DNA of 64,000 nucleotides from Sporopachydermia quercuum (lineage: Eukaryota), in NCBI GenBank assembly GCA_001599295.1, contig BCGN01000003.1:682001-746000 (forward strand). Direction: 5' to 3'. Both the position numbers and the translations under genes were made by a program. Of the stretch, positions 21,660 through 34,367 are shown in pieces (positions within the stretch are counted from its first letter, which is position 1; each line of letters opens with the position of its first letter). The notes under the pieces are model-generated. The model made no database searches and was not told the DNA's origin. It was given only the letters and a program-made list of their open reading frames with translations.

Positions 21660-23647
21660 TTAAATTTGACCTTTGATATCAATCTTCTTGAAAGCTGCAA
21701 TACGCAAACCTTCTACAACTGGATATGCATCTTTTGTATTGAATTTGAGACGTCTGATAGCATTTAATTCATTCAAATCCTCTTTTTCGTCACCCTTTGA
21801 ATCATCTCTGTCAGCCATGAACTTTTCAAGCGAATTGCTAGTAATAAATTCAATACATTCTTTCAAATCTAAAAATCCCAGGGTTTCAATAATGAAATCA
21901 AATCCAACAGATGGTCTGAATCCACGACATATTATTGACAGTGATTTGATTCGCTCTCTAGTGATAAATAAGTCAATTAAATAACCGTTCATGTTTGGTG
22001 CTGAGTTATATAATGAAAATAACTTATGGTAGTCTATCGTTTGCAAAGCTTCTGTTACTTGAATAGCATTCTTTACACATTCTTGTTGCAATAAATCCAT
22101 TTCCCTCTCATCGTTATAAATATATGTTAGTAGTTCGTTAATATCTAGCTTGTTAGCTGTATGAAGAAAATAAAGTAGTCTATATGCTAAGAACTCAACA
22201 AAGCGTCCTTTGATTCCTTTATTATATAACTGCCAAAGTTGAGTCTGACATTGGTTATATTCACCCAGATCACTCTTCTCTAGAGCGATTCTTCCATGTA
22301 TTTCATAAACTTGAACTGTGAATTCATTCTGTATGCCTTGAACTGTAAGATCTTGCCGGAGAGATTTAAATTGATCACATATATATGAATAGTTTCCTTC
22401 TTGCTTCCATTTCTTTTTAAGAAACTCAAGTGTCTGTTGCAGTACTGGTAATGGTCTCACTTTTTCAGGATCTGGTGCTGATGTTAATCGTAAGTATGGT
22501 TTTTCTATGTCAGTGCATCTTCCTACAATTGATTGTAAATTCTGGNATGATAACGATGATAATGGTTAGTATTACTCAATCTTAGACTAATAGTAAATAC
22601 TGAAGCATTAGCTTAGTTTGCTGGAAACCCTGTGTATAAAATAATGATTATACTTACATCAGAAGATTCGGTTGCTGATATACCGGGAGACAGCGACTGT
22701 TCTCCATTATCAAAACGTCGTAATCGCTTTAATCTTTTGGACTCATCTACTGTAAAAGCCTTGTCAGTGCTATTGGATTGTTAGTTTCTATAAAACTAAA
22801 TTGAAATAATAGTCTCCAAATTTGAATAGATAATCTACCAACAAAACTAAGAACACCAATAACATCGCTGACAAAGACAAATACGTACTTTCCACTTTTG
22901 ACTTTCTTCCCTATGTTGCTCAAGCTTCCTAATGAATCATATGAGCTATCACGTTGATATCTTCTAACATCCTCATCTACAACCTCACTAGAACTACTGT
23001 TAACTTTAATATTACCGAGGGTGTTATTATTGTTATCATTCCATTGTTTTTTCTGCATTTTACCCTTCTTTTTATCTAATTTACGCTTATGATTTGTATC
23101 ATTNGAGTTATTGAATTGGTACAGTTTCTGTTCCTGTCTTAGTTGCAATATTGGCAATGTTTCTTGATCCCAATTGATGGACCAGGTTGTGTTATTTTGA
23201 AAAGACTTTGTTACTTTCTCCTTCAGTTGGATTTCAAGAATTGGTATATCCGCTTCTTCTGCCTCTTCAAAACATCTTTTCACAAATCGTTGTAATGATT
23301 CTGGCCACTGCTGTTGTTCCATATTGTTATTATTACTAGGGTTATTGTTATGATTGCTATTGCTATTTGATGCTGATTGCTGGCTACTTTGTTGGGGTAG
23401 GTTTTGACTATGTTGATTAGATTGACTCTGCTGGTATAATGAAGTTCTAGGAGCTGCTGATTTGAATCCTGCCGACTAGTTAGTATAATCCGCCTATAAG
23501 CAACTTATTAGCAGTTTTGATATTTGATACTAACAAACTACTGCTTTGAATTAAATGCAGAACATGCAACTCCGATAGCTCTTACTTACCTGGTTTGAAC
23601 TGAGATATTGGCTGCTCTTCTGATCGATTCCAAAAGTTATTACTCAT
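21660..23647 (-). CDS. THP3: Thp3/LENG8 SAC3-GANP (PCI) domain protein, 4 exons: 23590-23647, 22889-23468, 22658-22769, 21660-22541; 543 aa
   Basis: Splicing joins the two ORF-track fragments in frame (donors GTAAGT 23589, GTACGT 22888, GTAAGT 22657, each with an ACTAAC branch point). Motifs WPESLQRFVKRCF, IVGRCTDIEKPYLRLTSAPDPEKVRP, YICDQFKSLRQDLTVQ, DLGEYNQCQTQL and terminal IDIKGQI. Confidence 0.9.
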
Positions 23648-25958
23648 GCTACCAAAACAAAATAGGAATCCACTTTACCTAAAATTCCTGATTGACTCTT
23701 TTTAAGTGCTTTCGTTTTATTACTTCCTTTAATAATTACGTCTATATACCATAGCGACTGACTTGCCTGGTATCAGTTCAATTAGATTCCCAGATGCACT
23801 ACTTACTAATCAATCGAAACAGTTAGTAGGTATAAACTGGAGAGACAAGCGTTACAAGTTACACTATGGACATTTATTGTATCACTAGGCTTCTGAAATA
23901 TCTCAGGCAGAAAAGTAGCGGGCGAAGTTGTACTGTTAATGAGATACTCAACTGTTTATGAGCCTATCGTTGCGCATAACTGGATGGTTCATAAAGTTCT
24001 ATTTATTTCTTCTCTTCCTCCTTCTTTTATTCCGTAGTTTATGATTATGTAATACTAAAAGAACAAACCATGAATACTGNGAGACCACAGGTATTATTTC
24101 CGATATTTAGCTCTCANAGGTCAGATAGGAACAGTTAGGAATATATTCTTATAATGAGAGAGTTGTCACGCCTTCGGGAAGTCAGCATCGATTAGAATCA
24201 AGAGTGCTATTTTAGATGTACAGCCAGATCTCAAGGATAGAAACTGGAACATATTATTATGATTTTCTGTTGGTTTTTAGAACTCATTGCTGGAAACTCT
24301 TCTACTAAGTTTGTGCCTGCCGTCTCATATTAGGGATCGATTCAGTTTTGGTAATCACAGGACTATTTCATTTACTTAGATTTGAAGGAAACAACTCGGA
24401 TAATTAAAGTACTAAATACAATTTTGGTTGGAACCACAAATTGAATTCCTATTGCAATTCAAGAATTCCTGTTTGGATTGAGAACTATTTTGTTGCTTCA
24501 TAGTTAGTGTGCCCTTTTGGAGTTCACATGTTTTATGTCAAGCTACATTTAAGGATTAATGCGAAACCATAACGTACCGATCTCATTATTTACTATCGGA
24601 ACGACATTTATGCTAGTAATATGAGCAATTTGTTGTAATAATCCAAACTTCAGACTGGCTCATAGACAAAATGTTGAAAGTAGGTTATTTTTTACTGAAA
24701 ATTGTTCTCATCTGAAAATATTCACTAATTTTGGCAGCTGTTTATTCACACAAGGTCTCTGAAATATGCACCTTTCTGCAGAATGTTTTAAACGTTATTC
24801 TTGCAAACAGTAATCATATTTCACCCAACTGCATATCTCATATCTCTCTTAACCGTGTTCCTCCTATCTTCCTCNTCATCAGATTTCTACGACCCAATTC
24901 AAACTAAGAGACCTACACATCTCTTCCTATCATTACATCTCTACCTTAATTCTCTTTACCTATAAGAATTATCATCCCTCCTATTCAACGCACCTTTTCT
25001 CACTTTTTATGTCATTCATTCATAACTTACATTTTTTCGGCATAAAGTTCAACCCTATTTAAAACCTTACCCAAAAGGGAAAATACGATTAATACCTTAT
25101 ATCTCTCATTAATAGTTAAACCAAATACCATACAAATCCAGTTCTGTGCTCACCAGTGGAGAAAAAGGTAAGCGATAGAAGAGGAGGGATATTGATAGAG
25201 AGAACAATTTCTTATGATAATAAGATTAGATAGAAAAAAGAAGCATCCTTGTTAGTAGGGCTGTGATAAANNTATTTAATCATAAACATAACTTTACTTG
25301 TATTATTATCGTTATTAGTATCACGAAGAATCAACGTCGTAGAATGGAACTAGAGAAGAAAGAGAGTTGCGATACACTTTGAAGTGGCTTGATAGTTTAT
25401 ATTTTATTCTGCGATATTAAGCCAGAACAGAAAGCAATTGGTATGAGGATTCTCTGTTAATTATATCGGGTGCTAAGGAGCTGTATTAAATATTGTATTT
25501 TATGGGTAGTTCGCTGGAAGAATTAGCTATTTGATCATTGCTTTCGTTATTTTGACCGTTGCAGTTGGAGTACCAATTGTTTGTTTATCATTCCATCAGC
25601 AATACCGAGCGCCAGAACTTGCTATACACTAAACANTCGGAAAGAGTGCCCACCCTGTTGTATTGTTCACTCAAAACATTCAGAATATTTCCGCTTGTTC
25701 TTCCGACGAATCAAAGCAAAATATTTGGTATCTACTACTGGATAATCGTGGAAAGATATAATGCTATAGCAAGCCAAACGCCATAGGTTAGTCTTCTGTG
25801 CAATCTGCTATCAAAATAAAAGTGATAACACTTGGACTTCCGTCTACTGCTTAATCACATCAACTACATCGACCACATCAACAGAAACAACAACAGAATA
25901 AGATATTTGGCAATCAAAGGAAAACAAGGAAGAATTGCATTCAACGCATACAATCATT

Positions 25959-28376
25959 ATGTCATCCGCAAGTTCAAGCAAATCAAGAATATTTGCAGCT
26001 GGCCGAAGGTCAGTAACTCCTGTTAGTTCTAAGCCAAAGACCGCCAATGGTTCTATTACTGTATGTTGTCACCTTTTTGATAGACACAAGCCCATCTCTA
26101 TTGCTAACATATTTGGATAATTCCCTTTGTTGTCATATATGGTTTACTAACNTTTTTTTCNCTTGTTTTAGCCTAAATCATTAAGTTCAAGCAAAAAGCT
26201 ATCAGTTCNAGTGCCTATGAAACCAACATCTCCAATAGTATTCTCACCCAAATCTCCGCCAAAAGCACCGGAAGATGTTTTACTTCCTTTACCAGCAATG
26301 ATTTCCCCTTCGCTACCTTCAACGTTTTCAGAACTAGATGAAGATATACCTTTAAATCTCATATCGCCTACTTTNCCTGCTGAATTCAACAACTCCAATT
26401 CTAACGCACAGAACATGGAAATAGATGATCTAGACCTAACCAAAGATATTAGTGATTCCAATGATTCTCCCCCCAGTGAAAGTCAGAAGAGAGTTCCCTA
26501 TGCCAATAGAAAGGAAAATGATAATACCTACAATACTAATAGCAGGAATGCCAACGAGAAAGCTGAGAAGAAATCCTCATCATTAAAGCCACAGCGAGAA
26601 CGTGAACCAAAAACCAAAACTTCCACTGTTAGCCGTCAGTCATCTAACGGCATATATTCTCCTTCGATTTTGGATGTAGACACGAAAGACTTTAAAAAGG
26701 AGTCAGCCACAATTGAATCTATACCGACAAGAGCTGTTATCCGAACAAAATATGTGACAGCGGATTTTAGAAGAATATCGCAGCATAAATTGCCAGTTAG
26801 AATATATTTACCATCAAATGTGCTGAAACAAATGCAAAAGAGAACCAAACCAGTTAAAGATAGAAAACCTATGTTACAAAAGAACGAGAATAGGAGGAAG
26901 GAAGATGTCATAGACGATGANCCGTTACCTATTAGGCTTAAAGAGGATTCCAGAGAAACTGGCGAGTATAAACAACGGGAGGAGGAAAAGGAAAGAGAAC
27001 GGGAAAGAGAACGGGAAAGAGAACGTGAAAGAGAAAANGAGAGAGGACGAGAAAGGAAAGAAAGAGAGTCTCATGAAAGGGAGAAAGATGGCTCTCGCAC
27101 AAGTTCAATATTCAAATCAACTCTATCCACATCTACACGAAATAGTAATAATGCAAACGATACTAAAGTATCATCAGCATCAGTGTCACCAGACAGTGAT
27201 TCAAATAAAAATTTCTCAGCCAAGGATAANAANCGAAAGAAAACCCAAACCATTGAATTCTCCGAGTCAGAATCTGATGCTAACAGAGAATACAGTCATA
27301 CAAATAACGTGAAAAGAGTGAGATCGCTTAACGCTAGCAATAATGAGGGATCACTGAAAAGTTCTAACTATAACAACGATAACCACAGTAATAGTAGTAA
27401 TAATGCCGCAGTAACACCAAAGACTGCTTTGTCTGGTGCATATAGTGGCAATGCTATATCATCGTCATCTAGTTTGAGACTGGAGAATCTATCAGAGGCA
27501 AATAAAGAAGGATATAAACATTATCATCAGAAATATATATTTTGGATGACTCAAGCGAGAAACAAGAAGCATGAATCAGATTATGAAAAGAAACACCAAG
27601 GTGAATTTGATAAAGAATTATACTATAAAGCAGTATTAGGTAAAATCGATTGTATATTAATGTTCATTATCTCTTTTGACTATCTTTCAAAAGCAAGAAT
27701 AGCCATTAGCAGGCTAGAAACAACAATTCAAGATTGGGATGGTCTTGTTCTTTACATCAACCATTGTATTGGATCAATTGACTATCAATTGAATAACAAT
27801 TCTGGGTCTAGTACTTTCAGTAGATTGAAGTACTTGAAAGGACTGCTATTCTATATCAGAAGTGTTCTCTATAGGAAGATTTGCTCATTGCANAGAATTT
27901 CACTATCAAAGCTTCACATGAGTAGTTTTATAGCTGACTTAGAAGGAGATTTAGGACTTTTTGACGAGAAGGAAGGATTTGAAACTGAAGGAAAACCACC
28001 AATAGCCAGAAAAGTGATTTATGAGAAATTAAGACAATATAAGCATAGTGTGGATGATGCTATTAAGTATGATGATTTAAGTGTTAGAGATTACAATCAA
28101 GCAAGAGAGTATCTATCAATGGATGATGTGAAAAGATCCTTTGAATATACATGGGATCATCGTCATAGAAAGCCTATTGACCATGACCATGACAACGATG
28201 GGAAACATTCAGGATCAACTGTTGAAGGGTTAAAACCTAATAAAAATTACTATTGTTTGCCTGTTACTAATGTGAGTGATATGAGTGAACTAGCTTCTTT
28301 TTCATATTCAATTATGAATGAATGGGCAGATAAGTATAANATAAGATACTCTTGTGGGATAGATAAATGTTCATGA
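25959..28376 (+). CDS. Ebp1-like / AF4-FMR2 C-terminal-homology protein, 2 exons: 25959-26060, 26172-28376; 768 aa
   Basis: Intron 26061-26171 (GTATGT...TACTAAC...TTTAG) joins an ATG exon in frame. LPAMISPSLP motif, long disordered middle with an (ER)n tract, and a C-terminal helical domain WMTQARNKKHESD...IDCILMFIISFD resembling the fungal Ebp1 C-terminal domain. Confidence 0.6.
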
Positions 28377-30005
28377 GATTGCATATAAAATCAGAAATGA
28401 GAAATGACAATGGGAGTCGAAGGAAATGTTAATGCAGATGCCGTGATTCATGTTTCTCATACGTTTGGTTTTTCTACTTATCAGCAGCCTATTTTTCATA
28501 ATTTATTACTGTTTGCCTTAATAAATAAGTGTACTATATCGTTTATTTAATACTTTGATTCCCACTTCATTAGAGAATTGTAATATTAACCTAGCATTGG
28601 AGCTATAGATGCATTAGCTAGCAGCTTCTTCGGTAATGATACGCACTTTGAAATTCCTGAGTACCAACACGATGGCACTAGTAAATACTCCGATGCATAT
28701 CATACGTCTCTCTAGAGAGATAACTTATAGATACCAGATATTCATCTCCTATCAACTGATATATGATCCTATCCCCTTAAGCGTGCAGAAGTGTATCTCC
28801 GACGGAGCAATCAGCTTTAACAATGACTCTTAGTCCACCAGGATCAAATTTTCTCTGACGAGTTAGAGATCTAGATCTTGCTTCTGTGATAACTCATCAT
28901 AACATAACATGTGATATTCTGGATATTCTGGCAGATATTTAAACTACCCTGTTTCAAGTTAAACAAATAGATTTTTATCGTTGGGTTTCGGGGATTGGTA
29001 ATGAGGTACATATCTCTGCATGAGCCAACATAAAGTTTACAGCATGTACATTTTAAGCGAAGCGATTTTGTCTCTTTTAGTGAAACAATGGATAGGACTT
29101 TCCAAAATAAGTAATTATTACGGAGTCCGATTTGTTGAGAACAGAGGCATGTATTCAAATCATCCGTACAATGAGAGAAGATCGGAGTGCGATGAGTCAA
29201 AGTTATCAATGGGTTTAACCAAAGTGGGGTATTTTTTATGGTTGAACAAATATTTCCGTTAGGACTGGGATTGGGATTGGTTTTTGACTCGGTAGTGAGG
29301 ATGTTAGAGATTTGATTACATAGATACGGATCTTGATTATTTACCGGTTTACGATACCTCCAATTACTGCACTGCCGGCCAACTTTATGCAATAGCAACA
29401 TGAACCTAGCGTAGAATACGCATCTAGTCTTTAAGTCCTTCTGAATAATAATCCAGTTCATGAATTTATTCTACTACATAAACACTCACTTTCGGCGAGA
29501 TTGCCTAACAACTAATAAAAATGCCAAGAAATAAGAAAAAGTGATGTCTTTTTTGCATAGTTTATCATGTCTTCTTCTATTGTAGTACCAATGTCCATTC
29601 TGCATATTGGTCAGGGGCTGCTCCGATGGCTCATTAATGTCGATTATAAACCCAAATTTAATATAAGGTAATTTTAAATATACCTTATACCGAATGTCCT
29701 TCTATGTACAACTTACATCTGCAGAACTTTATAAAGCGAGTGCAAAGCCTAGAGAAAAACTATCTAGCTATTCTATTCCCCTTTTATTCTCTTTTATTTA
29801 TTATGATCAAACTCATGGTTTTCTCGTTTTTACCTTGCCCAATAGTCTAGAACAGCAAAGGCTTGTTGAATAAGTAGTCTTGTCATTGCATGTTGAAAGA
29901 AACACGTTAGAAGAAGCTTTGGTTGAATCATCACAACAGGGAAGATCTTCACTATTACTACTATTATAATCACCGGTACTATTTCGACTATTAGTATCAG
30001 TAACT

Positions 30006-30848
30006 ATGTCAACTACTAAACAGAAAATCCTTGCTCAAGGGGAAATGATACCTCTACCAACAGATGTTGGTGCTCTGGCAAACAGAATCAACACTGCTAC
30101 AAGAGTTGCACATAACAAAATCGATAAAGCAGTCACGGCTAGGTTTTCATTAGCATTGAAAGATCCAAAGATCTATCGTCAAGGATTACAATCATTCTAC
30201 CATGTTTTCCGTACATTCGAGGAATGTTATCAGGAAGAAATGAAAAAAAATACTAGAATTGCTGCTATTCTTCAGACTGTTTGGAACGACAAATTGGCAC
30301 GTACCAAAAATTTAGAGAAGGATCTGAACTTCTTTTATGATCATCACTCTGAGAAATACCAAAATCCAGTAAGATCAAAGCAAATTGATTTCGTTAAACA
30401 TATTCGTGAAGCAAGTGCTGCCAAACCTCATATCCTCATTGCTTATTCTCACGTTATGTATCTTGCCTTATTTGCTGGTGGTAGAATCATGAGGTCATCT
30501 TTAGCTAAGACTCTAGGTCCTATTCCTGATGTTAAGGAAGATCCTTATCTTGGTACTTATTTATTTCGATTTGATGTTAACGACGAAGAAGCTCTTAGAT
30601 TGGATTTCAAGAGGGAGTATGAACTAGCTACAAGAAACGATTTAACTGAAGAGGAAAAGCAAGATATAATCAACGAAGCATGTGAAGTATTTGAAAGAAA
30701 CCTTGATTGTATTTATGAAATTGAGTATCATAACAGAGGTAAGATAACGAGAAGGTTAGCATACAATGCTCTGCAACTAATACTTCTGATATTTCTCATT
30801 TTCTTTGCATTTTTATATATTAAGAAGTTCATCAAGGGTATTAACTGA
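30006..30848 (+). CDS. HMX1: Heme oxygenase with C-terminal membrane anchor
   Basis: DVGALANRINTATRVAHNKID, YRQGLQSFYHVF, HVMYLALFAGGR and a C-terminal TM helix. Confidence 0.95.
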   Translation: MSTTKQKILAQGEMIPLPTDVGALANRINTATRVAHNKIDKAVTARFSLALKDPKIYRQGLQSFYHVFRTFEECYQEEMKKNTRIAAILQTVWNDKLARTKNLEKDLNFFYDHHSEKYQNPVRSKQIDFVKHIREASAAKPHILIAYSHVMYLALFAGGRIMRSSLAKTLGPIPDVKEDPYLGTYLFRFDVNDEEALRLDFKREYELATRNDLTEEEKQDIINEACEVFERNLDCIYEIEYHNRGKITRRLAYNALQLILLIFLIFFAFLYIKKFIKGIN

Positions 30849-30938
30849 ACTCTGATCTCTGTCATTTATACTTTCATTCCCCTTCCGTTTTCATTTTCAT
30901 TTTCATTTTAATATTCACATCAATTCATGTTTGTTTAT

Positions 30939-30971
30939 TTTCTTGTGCATTTCTTGTGCATTTCTTGTGCA
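30939..30971. repeat. (TTTCTTGTGCA)3 perfect tandem repeat downstream of HMX1
   Basis: Read directly. Confidence 0.85.
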
Positions 30972-31267
30972 TTCACTACCATGTTGATTAATCTAACGAT
31001 CACTGTATTGAATCATTCAATATATATTTATCCTGAAACTGAAACACATATTTACGCTGTTGTGTTGTTAACACTAGAGAAATAGACACTCATTACGTAG
31101 TTACAGAGGAACTATTTCCTATTCACACTATAATATCAAATGAGTCCTACAGTCTATCAAGAGTCTATCAAGAAAGAACCATTTTTATCCATTTTCATCC
31201 ATCTTCACGTTAATTATACTCATTACCAACAATCTCCTTTGCTCTCGTTTTCTTGTTCATCATAAAT

Positions 31268-33094
31268 TCAAGAAGAACATGAGCATTGGAAATCTCTTTG
31301 ATTTCTAGGTACGTCTCCTGTCAGCCTATCTTCTTCTTTATCGAAGCCCCAACTTTCCTCAAAAGGAGTTAAACTCATCGCTAACACTTTGTCTAAATAC
31401 TCAGAGCTTCCCCATTGTCTGATATTTTCAATAACTTCATTCAGTATCCAATTTTTCAAAATAAACTTAGGATTCACTCGTCGCGATCTAAAACACCTTG
31501 ATCTATCATTTACAGATTCTTCTTCGTGTAGGCGTTCCTTAAACTTCTCTAACCATGGAATTAACTCATCATTAATTGCTTCTTCTAACGATAAGTTAGG
31601 ATAAGGACCTCTATCTTTAGGGAAAAATATATCAACTTCATTTTTCAAATCAACTTTGTCATTCTCGGAATAAAATAACGGAAAATCCCCCAATTTACGG
31701 AAGAATTGATTATAATCCAATTCACATCTTTCTAGCATTTTAAGCATAGGCTGGATTAGTTCATAGTCATCCTCAGGTCTTTCTTCTACTAATGCTAATC
31801 GTTTGGACATGAAATGGGTGTATTTTGTTTCATAATAATCTTGATATTCTTCTGCAACTGCATTTATGACTTCATCGGCTTTGCTAAGTACAGAACTAGC
31901 CACTGTTTCATCAAGAGGTTGAGTTTTGAATGTTTCGTCATCAACCAATGTCTTATCAGCACCAATCAGCTCTGTAAGACTTTCACCTAATCTAGCTAGA
32001 TTCCATTTGATAGCATCAGGGGAATTATTATAACTATATCTTAAACTGCCATCATCATGATTTGGTGTAAAGGATCTCTCAAAAGTATCCATAAAAGCAA
32101 AAGGTCCAAAATCTAGACTAAGACCTGCAATACTAGTATTATCTGTATTTAAAACACCATTCATAAAACCATAGGCTTGCCATAATGCTACAGTATAAGC
32201 ATTTCTCTTAGCAACTTCTCTATAAAATCTAACATATCGATTCTCATCAGGACTCATAGGTTTGGTAAGTTTATCCTCACCCCCAAATACTTCATTAATG
32301 CAATAGTCCGCTAGTTTGCGAATGCCAATCTTATCGCCTCTCCATCTATGAAGGTCAAAAGTTCCAAAACGAACCCAGGTTTTGGCCATTCTAGCTACAA
32401 TAGCACAGGGTTCAATTCGTTCTCGTCTAGCTAAAGTCTTAGGCAGAGAAGTGATAGCTAAAGCCCTAGTAGTAGGAATTTTTAAGCTATTGAGATACTC
32501 AGAGATAAGATATTCTCGAACGCTTGAACGTAAAACAGCCTTTCCATCAGCAAATCTAGAAAAGGGTGTTAAACCAGCTCCTTTCAATTGAATTTCGTAT
32601 CGTTCATTAGTTTCAGGATTTGTGACTTCGAACAAGTTAACAACTCTACCATCGCCTAATTGGCCTGCAAAAGTACCAAATTGATAACCAGCATAACATT
32701 GTGCATAAGGATAAATACCATTTGAAACATCACTCAAAACAGTCTTTCCTGCCATAACCTCCCTAAAGGTATTTGAAGATTTCTCAGATTTATCTAAGCC
32801 AATATCTTCTAGGGCCCTTGGGGAAACAGACAAAAGCTCAAACGGCTCTCTCACTTGAGGTGTCAGCCATGTAAAAGAGCCTCCTTTCAATAACCTTGGC
32901 TTATGAAGTAAGTTTACTTCATCTCTCGCTGCAACATCAATGGTTGGAACTTCGGGATCAGGATCAAGATTAGCTGTGAACGAACAGGATTTAGGTAGTG
33001 TTGAGATGGTGTGCCTCATTCTGATGTGATGTTTGCTGATACTTGTTATATATGATGGTTTTATGTGTTGCAGCTTAGAATTTAGTAGAACCAT
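31268..33094 (-). CDS. FMP40: SelO-family protein adenylyltransferase (mitochondrial Fmp40)
   Basis: YAGYQFGTFAGQLGDGR, QLKGAGLTPFSRFADGKAVLRSSVRE, GFMNGVLNTDN, DFGPFAF and C-terminal CSCSS. First ATG at 33094 gives a basic, acid-free presequence-like N-terminus. Confidence 0.95.
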   Translation of the reverse strand: MVLLNSKLQHIKPSYITSISKHHIRMRHTISTLPKSCSFTANLDPDPEVPTIDVAARDEVNLLHKPRLLKGGSFTWLTPQVREPFELLSVSPRALEDIGLDKSEKSSNTFREVMAGKTVLSDVSNGIYPYAQCYAGYQFGTFAGQLGDGRVVNLFEVTNPETNERYEIQLKGAGLTPFSRFADGKAVLRSSVREYLISEYLNSLKIPTTRALAITSLPKTLARRERIEPCAIVARMAKTWVRFGTFDLHRWRGDKIGIRKLADYCINEVFGGEDKLTKPMSPDENRYVRFYREVAKRNAYTVALWQAYGFMNGVLNTDNTSIAGLSLDFGPFAFMDTFERSFTPNHDDGSLRYSYNNSPDAIKWNLARLGESLTELIGADKTLVDDETFKTQPLDETVASSVLSKADEVINAVAEEYQDYYETKYTHFMSKRLALVEERPEDDYELIQPMLKMLERCELDYNQFFRKLGDFPLFYSENDKVDLKNEVDIFFPKDRGPYPNLSLEEAINDELIPWLEKFKERLHEEESVNDRSRCFRSRRVNPKFILKNWILNEVIENIRQWGSSEYLDKVLAMSLTPFEESWGFDKEEDRLTGDVPRNQRDFQCSCSS

Positions 33095-34367
33095 TATATG
33101 GAGATATCTAAAGGGATTTATGAAAAGGAAAACCACCAATTCGAATTAAAATGTGCTAGGACAAAAGTATCTGATCTGATGAGTCGCAGTGAAAGTACTA
33201 TACAACTGACTTGTTAATGACACTGTAAAAATTTTAGATGCCGGGGAAAAGAAAATTTCAATAAATAGGTTAGTAAGTCGGTAGTTTAATTGATGATTCA
33301 CTGGTTTTTCTCGTAGTTTTCGAAGAGCAGTATAAGAATTATTTACTTTTTGTTAGCTGTAAGAAGAGAAGGAGGGCCCATTGTAGGAAGAAATTAATTG
33401 ATAGGCAATTGTGTAAAAAGAATAAAGTTTGGGTTCATATGCAAGTATATGCGACTTTAACACTATATGATTTGAGATTACGTAAATGGAATATTTGATT
33501 TGGGTGATAACTTGACAAGATTCTGACAACGGAGCGAAATATAAGGGTCTGTATGAGTATTGTAGTATGTAATAAACTCTACTTTCTTTGAAAATTATCT
33601 TCCATTTGTTTCCGAACTTGATTGTTGGATTGAGAATTGGCCTTGTGGGTTTGAATGCAGCAATGCGTACTACGTTACTTTCTCTCCACAGTTTTCATGT
33701 TCGACTAGTTTCCCAACGGTTTTTATTGCATCACGTGCTCTTTCTCTAAAATACAAATAGGGTTTCAAGTTAAGTTTTCGGGTTTGGGTAAAGAACGAAA
33801 TATTGAACCCTATAATTTTATTACTTTGCTCTGTCATGTGAATTACGTTGATGATGAAATTTTGTTTAAAACCCAGAGTTTATAAAGTATTTACTCCCAT
33901 AATTATCGTCATCAATTTACAATTCAGTAAGCAGTTCCATGACGTTTTGGCACAAAAAGAAAATACTATATTGCAACCTTACTGTAGNAAGTCTAAACTG
34001 CTAATATCATCTATCGTTAGATTAAACTGATATTAAAGTTTGTCATCCATCCCCTTTGAGATGATTCTTAGGATAAGCAAATTGCCATCTTCTTTCAACT
34101 GTTTTCAACAATAATTCAACTAACTAGGAGATTACCATTGTATTTGATTCATAGAATCGGAGGCATAAGTTACTTAAAAGTAAATCGAATGAAATAATCA
34201 TCATAAAACCAAAATTTATATAGTTGAATATTCCATTTACTTTAAACTATATAGTTCTAGGCATAAAGANTACATATCGGTGCTCTGTTTGCCTTACGCA
34301 TAGATAGGTACGTAGGATAGAATCCAATCCAACCANTATTATTTCATCATCAAATCATCAATTATAA

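Noticed and set aside
31268..31290. Possible selenocysteine/UGA recoding at the SelO C-terminus
   Set aside because: The motif is already Cys-encoded (CSCSS) and TGA follows the normal terminus. No SECIS recognised.
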